Origin: a candidate division WOR-3 bacterium
GTDB taxonomy: Bacteria; Hydrothermota; 32-111
NCBI GenBank assembly: GCA_037481815.1
Contig: JBBFKX010000003.1
Location: forward strand, 192,001-256,000
DNA length: 64,000 bases
Reading direction: 5' to 3'
This document shows, in pieces, positions 9,851 to 19,595 of this stretch (its first letter is position 1; the number at the start of each line of letters is the position of its first letter). A model generated the notes under the pieces. It searched no databases and was not told where the DNA came from. It saw only the letters and a list, made by a program, of their open reading frames with translations. Both the position numbers and the translations under genes were made by a program.

Positions 9851-10182
9851 AGTTGCTTAACCTTTTTAACAACACTGAAAAATTCCTCTCTTAACTGTTC
9901 GAGATCCTTTTGTAAAATCTTTCTGTTCGCTATAAGGACATAATTCATATTTTCAAAAAAATCTGATTCGTATTCCAGAAAAAGTTTTCTCAGGATTCTC
10001 TTCATTCTGTTTCTTTCAACTATATTTTTATAATTTCCCTTTTTCACGGTAAAAGCTACCTTTTTCTCTTTTCCATTTTTGTACAAAATAATAAAAGAGT
10101 CAGAGGAAATCCTTTTGGGATTTTCAAAGACACTCTTTATTTCATTCTCTTTTAAAATCGGGGTATTCCCAATTCTCCTCAT
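9847..10182 (-). CDS. rnpA: Ribonuclease P protein component
   Basis: AFTVKK and [11 protein letters not shown] (RNR motif); lies between rpmH and yidD. Confidence 0.9.
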   Translation of the reverse strand: MRRIGNTPILKENEIKSVFENPKRISSDSFIILYKNGKEKKVAFTVKKGNYKNIVERNRMKRILRKLFLEYESDFFENMNYVLIANRKILQKDLEQLREEFFSVVKKVKQL

Positions 10183-10328
10183 ACTTTGGGATCAGAGACG
10201 GTCAAACGTTTTCTTCCCTTTGCTCTTCTTCTTGCAAGGATCTCTCTTCCGTTTGATGTCTCCATCCTTTTTCTGAATCCATGTTTTCTTACTCTTTTTA
10301 TCTTACTCGGATGATAAGTTGGTTTCAT
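10179..10328 (-). CDS. rpmH: 50S ribosomal protein L34
   Basis: Hand translation [49 protein letters not shown] (49 aa). SD AGGAGGT; ATGA overlap with rnpA. Missed by the ORF track. Confidence 0.98.
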   Translation of the reverse strand: MKPTYHPSKIKRVRKHGFRKRMETSNGREILARRRAKGRKRLTVSDPKV

Positions 10329-10377
10329 TATACCTCCTATCCAAAACTTAAATCATCATAAATTTTTAAAAGAAAGT

Positions 10378-10405
10378 ATTTTACTTAAAAATTTTTCTAA
10401 GTCAA
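10378..10405 (-). promoter_or_regulatory. sigma70-like promoter of the rpmH operon, TTGACT-16-TAAAAT
   Basis: agtcaa at 10400-10405 and atttta at 10378-10383. Confidence 0.6.
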
Positions 10406-10431
10406 TAAGAAGTTTCCTGAATCTTTTCTTG

Positions 10432-10459
10432 TTGAAAAATATTTTAATTCAACTATCAT
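10432..10459 (+). promoter_or_regulatory. sigma70-like promoter TTGAAA-16-TATCAT, 6 nt before ATG 10466
   Basis: Hexamers at 10432-10437 and 10454-10459; no SD. Confidence 0.5.
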
Positions 10460-10465
10460 ATAACG

Positions 10466-10990
10466 ATGGAAATAATAAAAAGTATAGAAGAGATAAAAAA
10501 GATTTCAACTCTAAAAGTTCATGAAAATGAAATTTTTTTTGATAATTTCAGAGATCTTGATGATGAAGAAAAAAAAAGTTTTGATATTCCTGTAAAAAAT
10601 TTTTATGAGGATCTGAAAAAAAACATCGAATGTAGGGAATGTGGAAACTGTTGTAGAGAAGTGATTATAGTGTTTGAAAGGGATGATATACCCCTTCTTT
10701 CAAAGGGAACAGGGACCGACGAAAAAGAACTTATAGAAAAAACTTTTATTTTATATGAAAAACATAATGTTTATGTGATGAACCAAACCCCGTGTAAATA
10801 CCTTAAAGGAAACGAATGTTCGGTTTATCCTTTTAGAGGAACGGAATGCAGAGAGTTTCCATATATTGAAACAAAAGAATTTTCAAAGATATACAATTAT
10901 GTTTTTCAGGGTTATTCGATATGCCCTTTTCATTTCAATATAGTTGAGTTCGTTAAAAATTTATTTGTTGACAATATAAAATTCAATTGA
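10466..10990 (+). CDS. YkgJ-family cysteine-cluster (putative Fe-S/Zn) protein
   Basis: CRECGNCC...PCKYL...CSVYPFRGTECREFP. Confidence 0.88.
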   Translation: MEIIKSIEEIKKISTLKVHENEIFFDNFRDLDDEEKKSFDIPVKNFYEDLKKNIECRECGNCCREVIIVFERDDIPLLSKGTGTDEKELIEKTFILYEKHNVYVMNQTPCKYLKGNECSVYPFRGTECREFPYIETKEFSKIYNYVFQGYSICPFHFNIVEFVKNLFVDNIKFN

Positions 10991-10996
10991 TAAAAT
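10968..10996 (+). promoter_or_regulatory. sigma70-like promoter TTGACA-17-TAAAAT with extended -10 TG, overlapping the end of ykgJ
   Basis: TTGACA at 10968-10973, TAAAAT at 10991-10996, ATG 11003 6 nt later. Confidence 0.6.
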
Positions 10997-11002
10997 AATA
11001 AA

Positions 11003-12571
11003 ATGTTAAATTTTGAAAAATACGGTTGTGAGCAACTGAAAGAGATTGCGATAAAGCAGGAAAAAATATTTTTCAACTTTTTAAATCTACTTGATGATGT
11101 AATATTATTGATCAACAAAGATCTCTCCGTTGAATTTTTAAATGAAAAGGCAAAAGAATTTTTTGAAATAAAAAGTGAAGGCGAAATCCCTTTAAAACAT
11201 ATTTTTAAAGATTTCGAGTTTGAACAGAAAAAAGAGGCAATACAGAAAACCTTAAGTTTAAAAAAGGTTTTAGATATAGACAACCTGACCGTTATCAAAG
11301 GTAGAGAGTTCTGGGTAAAGAATCTTTTTATTCCAATTGAGGATCTGGAAAGTGAAAACTTTAAGGTTCTACTGTTTATAAAAGATATAACATTTAAAAA
11401 ATTTGTTGAAGATCAGAACATAAAGGTTAACGAAAGGTTTGCAAAAATTTTTCAAAACAATCCATCAGTTGTTTTGATAAGCAGGGTTGAAGATGGAAAG
11501 ATCATCGAAATAAACAGTTCAGTTGAAAAAGTTTTCGGATACACTCAAAACGAGATAACAGGGCAATCGACTCTCATCCTTTACGCTGATCCACGTGAAA
11601 GAGCACTTTTTATCGATAAGATTTTAACCAAAGGTCCAATAACGAATTACGAGATCCAATTTAGAAGAAAAAATGGAACGACCGGATGGGCAAGTATCAG
11701 TGCAGATTTCATAGAAATCGATGAGGAAAATTGTATAATAGCAATCATAAACGATATAACTGAAAAAAAGTTTTCATCATTGTTAAACGAAACCCTTTAT
11801 AAAATCTCAAATATAATTTACAATTCAAAAAATCTTGATGACTTGTTTTCAAAATTACATCAGGAAAAAAAAAACATAATATTCTCAGAGAATTTTTATA
11901 TTGCGATATACAACAAAGAAACCAACATAATCTCTTTCCCCTATTTTGTTGATCAAAGAGATAACCATGCTCCATCAAAAAGGTTTGGGAATGGATTAAC
12001 AGAATATGTTTTAAAAACAAAAGAAGCAAAACTTTTAACGAGAGAGGATATAATAAATCTTTCGAGAAAAGGTGAAGTAGAAATAGTTGGAACCCTTTCC
12101 GAATACTGGCTCGGAGTTCCACTCCTTGGTGATAATTTTTCTGGAGTACTCGCTGTACAAAGTTATGATGAAAATATAAAATACTCTGAAAAGGACAAAG
12201 AGTTTCTTTCATTTGTTGGCCAACAGATATCAAGATTGATCGATAGAAAAATATTTGAAGAAAAGATGAGCAACCAAATAAAAAGATATTACTCTATTCT
12301 TGAATCTCTACCAAACCCGCTTTTTGCTGTTGATAACAATTTCAAGATATTTTTCTACAACGACAAATTTTTAAACTATATGGCAAAACACAAAAACATT
12401 GGTACGGAAATAAAGATTACAGATATCATTCCAGATTTCTATACCTCAGAAATACACTTTTTGTTAAAGGATGAGACGTTTACAAGAAAGACATTTTCTT
12501 TCGAGTTTAACGGATCTAAATCCCTTGAGATAGCAAAAATTGAAGATGGATTCATTTTTATCCTTTTATAA
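11003..12571 (+). CDS. PAS-PAS-GAF-PAS sensory protein with no output domain
   Basis: PAS domains ending in KDITFKK and NDITEKK; GAF segment NFYIAIY...FPYFVD...GLTEYV...YWLGVPL...GVLAVQSY; final PAS SILESLPNPLFAVD. Confidence 0.8.
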   Translation: MLNFEKYGCEQLKEIAIKQEKIFFNFLNLLDDVILLINKDLSVEFLNEKAKEFFEIKSEGEIPLKHIFKDFEFEQKKEAIQKTLSLKKVLDIDNLTVIKGREFWVKNLFIPIEDLESENFKVLLFIKDITFKKFVEDQNIKVNERFAKIFQNNPSVVLISRVEDGKIIEINSSVEKVFGYTQNEITGQSTLILYADPRERALFIDKILTKGPITNYEIQFRRKNGTTGWASISADFIEIDEENCIIAIINDITEKKFSSLLNETLYKISNIIYNSKNLDDLFSKLHQEKKNIIFSENFYIAIYNKETNIISFPYFVDQRDNHAPSKRFGNGLTEYVLKTKEAKLLTREDIINLSRKGEVEIVGTLSEYWLGVPLLGDNFSGVLAVQSYDENIKYSEKDKEFLSFVGQQISRLIDRKIFEEKMSNQIKRYYSILESLPNPLFAVDNNFKIFFYNDKFLNYMAKHKNIGTEIKITDIIPDFYTSEIHFLLKDETFTRKTFSFEFNGSKSLEIAKIEDGFIFILL

Positions 12572-13814
12572 CAAAATAAAAGATTTTATTCCATTTTTTA
12601 CAACCATCACAGTTTTTCTTCTAATCTTTCTTAGAGAATTTTTTGGTGAAAGGATAAAGATTCACCTTGTGATGTTTTTTGGAGCATTATTCGTTGTTTT
12701 AACGAACAGCATCTCTTTGTATGACTCTTTTAAAGCGATCGATTTTGAAGTTATTATCTTTTTAGCATCAATATTTGTTGTCGGCGAATCACTTTTTGAA
12801 AATGGATTCCTTTATTCTTTAAGTTATAGAATTTTTTCAAGAGCCAAAAATCTGGATTCCCTTCTTTTTCTTTTTATAATAACTATGGGTTTCCTTTCAT
12901 ATTTTTTTATGAACGATACGATAGCTATTGTTGGAACTTTTCTGGCAATATACATCTCAAAAAAGTTCTCGATAGACACGGAAGCAATTCTTTTGACACT
13001 TGCTTACAGTGTTACTCTGGGAAGTGTACCAAGCCCTATAGGTAATCCACAGAATCTTGTGATCGCTTCAAGAATAAAAGAAGTTTCTCCCTTTTTACCC
13101 TTCACAAAATATCTTTTTCTTCCAACCTTTTTAAATCTTATATTACTCTATTTCATTGTAAAAATCGCATTTAAAAATAGGATAGATTTCAGTAAAAAAA
13201 TATTTTTTGAAAAGGAAAAATATGTAAAAAACAGAAACTTTATAATTTCTTTTCTCTCTGTGTTACTATTGATTCTTATGATTTTATTAAAACTAATTTT
13301 ACCTTTAATTTTTAAAAATCTCAAAATGCCACTCTTTATTATTCCAATACCATCATCCCTTTTGATACTCTTTTTCAACCAGAACAGAAAACATATATTG
13401 AAAAACCTCGATTATAAAACTCTTGTTTTTTTCATTTCAATGTTTATTCTTATGAAAAGTTTATACCTGAAAGAAAAACCTGAATTTTTGTTCAATTTTG
13501 AAAACATTAAAATATCTTTAAACTTTATTTTTTCTTCATCAATAATTTTAAGTCAATTGATCTCAAATGTTCCTTTTGTAATACTCTTTCTTGAAACCTT
13601 TAAAAATCTTGATCATCGACTTCTCATGTCGCTTGCAGCAGGCAGTACGATTGCAGGTAACATTTTTCTTCTTGGAGCGGCAAGTAATATAATAATATTA
13701 CAAACAGCTGAAAAAAAAGGAGTTAAATTAAAAATTTTTGAATTTTCAAAAATAGGTATACCTTTAACACTGGTTAATATTCTGATATATGTTTTATTCT
13801 TTTTTATTTTTTGA
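12546..13814 (+). CDS. ArsB/NhaD (IT superfamily) anion permease
   Basis: Many TM helices; FMNDT, GSVPSPIGNPQN, SQLISNVP, STIAGN...GAASNIII. Confidence 0.9.
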   Translation: MDSFLSFYNKIKDFIPFFTTITVFLLIFLREFFGERIKIHLVMFFGALFVVLTNSISLYDSFKAIDFEVIIFLASIFVVGESLFENGFLYSLSYRIFSRAKNLDSLLFLFIITMGFLSYFFMNDTIAIVGTFLAIYISKKFSIDTEAILLTLAYSVTLGSVPSPIGNPQNLVIASRIKEVSPFLPFTKYLFLPTFLNLILLYFIVKIAFKNRIDFSKKIFFEKEKYVKNRNFIISFLSVLLLILMILLKLILPLIFKNLKMPLFIIPIPSSLLILFFNQNRKHILKNLDYKTLVFFISMFILMKSLYLKEKPEFLFNFENIKISLNFIFSSSIILSQLISNVPFVILFLETFKNLDHRLLMSLAAGSTIAGNIFLLGAASNIIILQTAEKKGVKLKIFEFSKIGIPLTLVNILIYVLFFFIF

Positions 13815-13816
13815 AA

Positions 13817-14422
13817 CTATTCTTTATCTATCTCTTTAAGTTCTATTATATATCCAACTTCCATCTTTAATATCAACGGGAACCTTTCATCATCAAGAAT
13901 CCAGAAGTAACCAAAAAGATCACTCGTTGCATAAATAGCTTTGAGTTCCACCTCTTTTCCATCAACCACACAGTTATAAACGGTTTTTCTTTCAAAAGTC
14001 AGATGCTCTTCTCCATCTCCAACATCGATTGTAACTTCTTTTTTATTAACGAGATCCTGAAACACTCTTTTTGAAAAGAATAACGATGTTTTGTCATCAA
14101 GATTGCTAACACTATAATCCCACAGATTCATAAATATTTTTTCAGAGTTCTCAAGAGATTTCTGCGAAATCATAACTTCATCCTTAACTTTAAAAATAGT
14201 ATCATCTTCGACCTGGTATTTATAATGAAGATTTTTGTCCATTTTTTTTATTTCGATCATCAACTCATACTTATCCCCCCACGATGATACCTCGTATATG
14301 AAAGTGCTACCCTCTTTAAAAAAATGAGAGTACTCTGAATTTTTTATTTTAAAATCTTTAGCACAGTTTATAAAAAGAATCATTACCAATAAGGGAAATA
14401 TTTTTTTTGTTAAAATTTTCAT
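13817..14422 (-). CDS. Hypothetical lipoprotein
   Basis: Start ATG 14422 after GGAGGG; MKILTKKIFPLLVMILFINC is a lipobox-like signal; C-terminal FWILDDERFPLILKM. Confidence 0.65.
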   Translation of the reverse strand: MKILTKKIFPLLVMILFINCAKDFKIKNSEYSHFFKEGSTFIYEVSSWGDKYELMIEIKKMDKNLHYKYQVEDDTIFKVKDEVMISQKSLENSEKIFMNLWDYSVSNLDDKTSLFFSKRVFQDLVNKKEVTIDVGDGEEHLTFERKTVYNCVVDGKEVELKAIYATSDLFGYFWILDDERFPLILKMEVGYIIELKEIDKE

Positions 14423-14441
14423 TCTCCCCTCCATTTATTTT

Positions 14442-14469
14442 ATTATAACTTTTCAGAAAAATTTTTCAA
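14442..14469 (-). promoter_or_regulatory. sigma70-like promoter TTGAAA-16-TATAAT
   Basis: tttcaa at 14464-14469, attata at 14442-14447. Confidence 0.6.
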
Positions 14470-14471
14470 TC

Positions 14472-14499
14472 TTTAAATTATGAAAAAAAAGGGTATAAT
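14472..14499 (+). promoter_or_regulatory. sigma70-like promoter TTTAAA-16-TATAAT, 7 nt before ATG 14507
   Basis: TATAAT at 14494-14499; weak -35. Confidence 0.45.
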
Positions 14500-14506
14500 A
14501 ATTAAT

Positions 14507-16372
14507 ATGGAAAAAATACTGAATTCAAAAACGCTTGTTGAAATGTTAGAAAACTCTGTTGAAAAATATTCTCAAAGAGTTTTACAGAGTTATAGAGAAC
14601 AGAATGGAATAAAAAATATCACCTATAAGGAATTTTTTGAAAAAGTAAAAAGGGTCTCTTCTGCGTTCAGAAAATTGGGAATAAAAAAGGGAACAAAAGT
14701 TCTTCTTGTTTCAGATAACAGATACGAATGGCTCATTGCAGATATGGCACTTTTAACGATAGGGGCTGTAGATGTTCCAAGAAGTTCATCTTCCCCTGAA
14801 AGTGAGTTGAGTTTCATCGCGAAACATTCTGATTCGGAGTTTGCAATAATCGAGGATGAAAAACTTTACCAACCCATAAAAAGTATAATAAAACAAGAAA
14901 ATGTTGTAGTTTTCAATACAACAGAAAATTTAATAAAATTTTCAGATCTACTTAAAGATGATGGAAATGAGTATAAAAAAGAAAACATCTGTGAAGATGA
15001 TCTTGTAACTATCATATACACTTCTGGAACAACCGGAAACCCAAAAGGTGTAATGCTCACACACAAAAATTTTATGCACAATGTTTCCGCAATTACTCCC
15101 CTGATAAAATTTAAAACCTATGGAAAAGAGGGAGATGTAACGGTTTCGATTTTACCTGTTTGGCATATCTTTGAAAGAACTTTTGAATATGTGTGTATAG
15201 CCGGTGGAGCAAAGATTTTCTATTCAAATGTTAAAAGTTTCGCAAAAGATCTTCTGGAGATAAGACCAACAATAATGAGCGCAGTGCCAAGGATCTGGGA
15301 ACATATATATAGAAACATCATAGATCGAATGAAGAATGAAAAAGTTTTCAAAAAAACGCTTTTTTATCTGTTTTTAAGTATAAGAGAAAAACATCTCTAC
15401 TCTTATAGAGTTCTTACGAACAGGGATACGCAACTGTACGAAGAAGGTTACAAAAAAAGATTTTTCAAAATTTTAATATCACTTGTGATTTTTCCCCTCT
15501 TTCTTGTTCCGTCACTTTTGGCATATTTTATTTTTGAACCGATAAGAGATAATCTTGGTGGAAGGTTGAGGGGTGCTTTTACAGGTGGTGGGATGATTCC
15601 AAAATATATCGACAATTTTTTCAATACGGTGGGCATAACCCTTTTAAACGCTTATGGAATGACAGAAGCTTCTCCAGGGATCACATCAAGAAGATTTGAC
15701 TACAATTTTCTTTTTACCGCTGGTATACCGTTTGATAGAACGGAAATCTCATTAAGAGATGAAAACGGGAAAAAGGTAAAAAAGGGTGAAAAAGGGATCA
15801 TATATGTTAAAGGTGATCAGGTCATGAAAGGTTATTATAAAAACGAAGAGGAAACAAAAAAGGTTCTAAGTGAAGACGGATGGTTAAACACCGGTGATAT
15901 CGGATTCATAACAAAAGATGGAAACCTTATAATACTTGGCAGAGCAAAGGATACAATAGTACTTTTAGGTGGAGAAAATGTAGAACCTCAAAGGATCGAA
16001 GAAAAACTTGAAGAGAGCGAATTTATTTCACATGCTGTTGTTGTAGGAGATGATGAAAAAGATCTTGCCGCTTTGATTTTTATAGAAGAAGAAAAATTGA
16101 AAAATCTTATAAAAGAACTCAAGTTGAATATTGATGATCTGAAAGAAGGTATTGAAAATATTAAGGTCAAAGAGTTTTTCAAAAATTTCCTTGAAGAAAG
16201 AATCAATAGATCAAAAAACTTCCATCCATTCGAATCAATAAAAAATTTCACCATAATTCCTGAAAAGTTACAGATAGGCAAAGAGATAACCGAAACATTA
16301 AAAAAAAGGAGAAAAGTCATCATAGATAAATATAAAACGAAAATAGAAGAGATGTATAAAAAGAAAAAATGA
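14507..16372 (+). CDS. Long-chain fatty acid--CoA ligase (AMP-binding)
   Basis: IIYTSGTTGNPKGVML, AYGMTEASP, GWLNTGDIG, GRAKDTIVLLGGENVEP. Start placed at ATG 14507 because of the promoter; the ORF track gives 14480. Confidence 0.93.
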   Translation: MEKILNSKTLVEMLENSVEKYSQRVLQSYREQNGIKNITYKEFFEKVKRVSSAFRKLGIKKGTKVLLVSDNRYEWLIADMALLTIGAVDVPRSSSSPESELSFIAKHSDSEFAIIEDEKLYQPIKSIIKQENVVVFNTTENLIKFSDLLKDDGNEYKKENICEDDLVTIIYTSGTTGNPKGVMLTHKNFMHNVSAITPLIKFKTYGKEGDVTVSILPVWHIFERTFEYVCIAGGAKIFYSNVKSFAKDLLEIRPTIMSAVPRIWEHIYRNIIDRMKNEKVFKKTLFYLFLSIREKHLYSYRVLTNRDTQLYEEGYKKRFFKILISLVIFPLFLVPSLLAYFIFEPIRDNLGGRLRGAFTGGGMIPKYIDNFFNTVGITLLNAYGMTEASPGITSRRFDYNFLFTAGIPFDRTEISLRDENGKKVKKGEKGIIYVKGDQVMKGYYKNEEETKKVLSEDGWLNTGDIGFITKDGNLIILGRAKDTIVLLGGENVEPQRIEEKLEESEFISHAVVVGDDEKDLAALIFIEEEKLKNLIKELKLNIDDLKEGIENIKVKEFFKNFLEERINRSKNFHPFESIKNFTIIPEKLQIGKEITETLKKRRKVIIDKYKTKIEEMYKKKK

Positions 16373-18612
16373 TTTTTAAAAACTGGAAAAAATTTTCTGT
16401 CATTTTTACCCTTTATCTTTTTTCATTCTTATATGGACAGGAAAAAGTCGGGCTTGTTCTTGGTGGTGGTGCAGCAAGAGGGCTTGCGCATATTGGTGTT
16501 TTGAAAGTGATTGAAGAGTACAATATCCCAATAGATTACATTGCAGGAACAAGTATGGGATCGATAATTGGTGGATTGTGGGCATCAGGTTATACAGCGA
16601 GTGAAATAGAATCTATCTTTTTAAGTGAAAACATAAAAAACTGGCTTAACGAGACAACCATAAAAAATTATCAACCCGTTTATCTTTATCTCAATTCCTA
16701 TCCAACATTTCTAACGACTGAACTGAAAGATGGAAAACTCAAAATACCAGAGGGAACTGTTGATGATAAAATAATAAACCTCGAACTTTTCTCTTTCTTT
16801 TCAGATGTTGATTATGCGATAAAATCGGACTTCAGAAAAATGTATAAACCATTTCTCTGCACAGCATCAGATTTAAAAAGTGAAAAACCCAAGGTGTTCA
16901 CCAGTGGAAAATTAGAAAAATCTATAAGAGCTTCCATGGCTATCCCTCTTGTTTTCAAGCCAGTTATCTTTGATTCTATATCATATTTTGATGGTGGAAT
17001 GTTTGAAAATATCCCTTTGAAATCTTTAAAAGACACTTTTAATCCAGATGTAATAATAAGCGTTGATGTTTCCTCCGATGGAAAAAATCTTGATGAAAAA
17101 AATCCTTCAATCATAGATATAACTTTCTCGATTGTCGATCTACTAACAAGGAACTATCCTGTCGACACTCTTGAAAAATACAGTATCCATATAAGGCCTG
17201 ATGTTGGAAAGTATAGGGGTTACGAATTTATCAAATCTGAAGAGATTATAAAAAAAGGGTATGATAAAGCAAAAGAAATTGTTCCCCAGATAAAGGAAAA
17301 GATCAAAAAAGAAGAAATGTATCCAAAAGGAAACAGAAAATTTTACATAGAAGGATACAAAACTTTTAATGGAAGGATAATAGATACTTTAATCGTTGAA
17401 TCACAAAATAAATGGACTGAAAAATCTATTAGAAATATTTTAAAAATTAAAAAAGGTGATATTTTTTTCTATGATAATTTAAAAAAATCCATCTATACAC
17501 TTTACTCCCTCTCGATCTTTGAATCGATCGAACCTGAGATAACAATAAATGAAACCAACCAGAGAATGATATTAAAAATAAAAGTAAAAGAGATCGATTC
17601 AACAATTTTTAAATTTGGAGGTTTTGCTGATTCGAAAGCGGGAATAAATCTTTATGGAGTTTATCAAAAAAACAATATTTTCAACACGCTTTCATATCTT
17701 GATTTATATGGGTTTGCAGGTAACTACATAAAAGGATTAACCATAAATCTTTTTTCTCCAAGTATATTTTATTCTAACCTGCTGGCTGGAATTTACTCGA
17801 ATTTGCACATTTACAAAAATTACAATGTATTTGATAACTACTTCAATTACGAACAAAACTACAATACAACATTTTTGTTTGGAACAAACATAGATAAACG
17901 AAAGATTTTCTCATTTTTCGTTTCATCAAAATATAAAAGATTTCTTTCAATGGATCTTTTCAAAACCTCTGTTGGAATATACTTTTTTGAAAAAGAAGAA
18001 AAACCTTTAAGTTTAAACATTTCGACTGATAAAAAAAGTTTTATTATCGGGTTGAATCTTCCTAATCCAACACTCAAAACTACCGATTTTCAAACTTACA
18101 ACGATATTTTTGATCTGAACTCATTAAAACAGATATATATAAAATCAACAGGTTATTTTCTGGATCAAAAAAGATTATCAAAAAAGTTCAACTCATCGAT
18201 AGTTTTCAAATACGGTTTTATCTTTTTTATTTTTACAGATCACCCGATTTCTTCAAAAATTTCTCTCGATTATCCGATCTCTCAACCAACCTTTGAGTTA
18301 AGGTATCTTTATGATAAAAATCTTCAGAAAAGATATACGATATCCTCAGGGTATACCTTAAAATATTTTATAAACGATAATTTTTACATTCAGAGTGAAA
18401 ATGAAGGATCCATTCTTTTTGATGGAATTGTGGACCAGTTCTATATAAAATATATACTTGGTTCAAGATTATCTTTAACTTTTGCAACTCCTTTTGGAGT
18501 TTTTGAAACAAGCATAGGGTATTTTAAAAACAATATAAGAAAAGATTTCTTTACATTTAACATTCATCTTGGAAACCCGATAAACTACCCTGAACTTCTG
18601 GGACAGTACTGA
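16369..18612 (+). CDS. Patatin-like phospholipase with POTRA/beta-barrel C-terminus (PlpD-like)
   Basis: Signal peptide; LVLGGGAARGLAHIG, GTSMG nucleophile and DGG motif; aromatic-rich beta-strand C-terminal half. Confidence 0.85.
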   Translation: MIFKNWKKFSVIFTLYLFSFLYGQEKVGLVLGGGAARGLAHIGVLKVIEEYNIPIDYIAGTSMGSIIGGLWASGYTASEIESIFLSENIKNWLNETTIKNYQPVYLYLNSYPTFLTTELKDGKLKIPEGTVDDKIINLELFSFFSDVDYAIKSDFRKMYKPFLCTASDLKSEKPKVFTSGKLEKSIRASMAIPLVFKPVIFDSISYFDGGMFENIPLKSLKDTFNPDVIISVDVSSDGKNLDEKNPSIIDITFSIVDLLTRNYPVDTLEKYSIHIRPDVGKYRGYEFIKSEEIIKKGYDKAKEIVPQIKEKIKKEEMYPKGNRKFYIEGYKTFNGRIIDTLIVESQNKWTEKSIRNILKIKKGDIFFYDNLKKSIYTLYSLSIFESIEPEITINETNQRMILKIKVKEIDSTIFKFGGFADSKAGINLYGVYQKNNIFNTLSYLDLYGFAGNYIKGLTINLFSPSIFYSNLLAGIYSNLHIYKNYNVFDNYFNYEQNYNTTFLFGTNIDKRKIFSFFVSSKYKRFLSMDLFKTSVGIYFFEKEEKPLSLNISTDKKSFIIGLNLPNPTLKTTDFQTYNDIFDLNSLKQIYIKSTGYFLDQKRLSKKFNSSIVFKYGFIFFIFTDHPISSKISLDYPISQPTFELRYLYDKNLQKRYTISSGYTLKYFINDNFYIQSENEGSILFDGIVDQFYIKYILGSRLSLTFATPFGVFETSIGYFKNNIRKDFFTFNIHLGNPINYPELLGQY

Positions 18613-19520
18613 TGAAAGATAAAAGAAAAGGTTTGATCTACGCTTTTATTGCACTCTTTTTATGGGGAATCCATGGGGTTGCTGGAAGATATCTTGCGTG
18701 TGAAAATGTTAACATGTTGTTCGTTGCAACAGTGAGATTTTTCATTGGAACTTTCCTTTTCTTTCTTTTTCTTTTTTTCACAAAAAAGTTGGACTTAAAT
18801 TTCAAAGAAAATTTTAAACTCGTTTTAGCGATCTCTGTGATCGGGATAACTGGAAACTCATTACTCTATCATATATCTTTGAAATATCTTTCAGGCACAC
18901 TCGTCATGATTTTTGAGAATCTCTCTCCAATATTTGTAATACTTCTTTCACTTATGGTTGACAGAGAAAAACCTACTTTTTTTGAAATAGTTGCCTTTAT
19001 CCTATCTTTTGTCGGGATAATAGTGATCATTTTGGGAAAGGAACAATTTTTTGATCTTAAAGACAACTTCTATTTCGGAATCTTCTGGGGAATTTTAACC
19101 GGGATGAGTTTTGGTTTTTATGTTTACCTTTCATCAAAATTGGTGACACCTTTAAGAAACAACCCAGAAAAAATAATCAATTTTCTTTTTAAAATTTTTT
19201 TGATCTCATCGATAACAGTGTCTCCAATAATCTTTCTATCATCAAACAGACCTATAAAATTTGAACACTGGTTCTGGATTTTTGAAATGGGGATTTTTCA
19301 AAGTGGACTTGCTTATATATTCTGGAATTATGCTCTATCCTATCTTCCAGTTAATTCAACCTCCATTCTTTTTATCTTCACAATTCTGTTTACAACCATA
19401 AATGAGGTTATATTCTTAAAGTTGAAACTCAACATTTTTCTTATCATAGGGGGAGGACTCATAATACTATCAGGGTATCTCATTTCAAAAAATTTAAAAA
19501 AAAGCGAGGGAAAAGCATAA
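18612..19520 (+). CDS. DMT/EamA-family transporter
   Basis: About 10 TM helices with two EamA repeats (LWG..., LAYIFWNYAL). Confidence 0.9.
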   Translation: MKDKRKGLIYAFIALFLWGIHGVAGRYLACENVNMLFVATVRFFIGTFLFFLFLFFTKKLDLNFKENFKLVLAISVIGITGNSLLYHISLKYLSGTLVMIFENLSPIFVILLSLMVDREKPTFFEIVAFILSFVGIIVIILGKEQFFDLKDNFYFGIFWGILTGMSFGFYVYLSSKLVTPLRNNPEKIINFLFKIFLISSITVSPIIFLSSNRPIKFEHWFWIFEMGIFQSGLAYIFWNYALSYLPVNSTSILFIFTILFTTINEVIFLKLKLNIFLIIGGGLIILSGYLISKNLKKSEGKA

Positions 19521-19539
19521 AATTTCCGTCTAATCAATG

Positions 19540-19567
19540 TTGATTTAAAAAGATTATGGTTTAAAAT
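19540..19567 (+). promoter_or_regulatory. sigma70-like promoter TTGATT-16-TAAAAT of the efflux operon
   Basis: Hexamers at 19540-19545 and 19562-19567. Confidence 0.5.
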
Positions 19568-19595
19568 TGTATCCAAATTAAAGTTGTGAGGTCAG

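Noticed and set aside
10329..10465. Possible oriC upstream of rpmH
   Set aside because: No dnaA and no clear DnaA boxes (the best seen is CTATCCAAA, 2 mismatches). The gap is accounted for by two divergent promoters.
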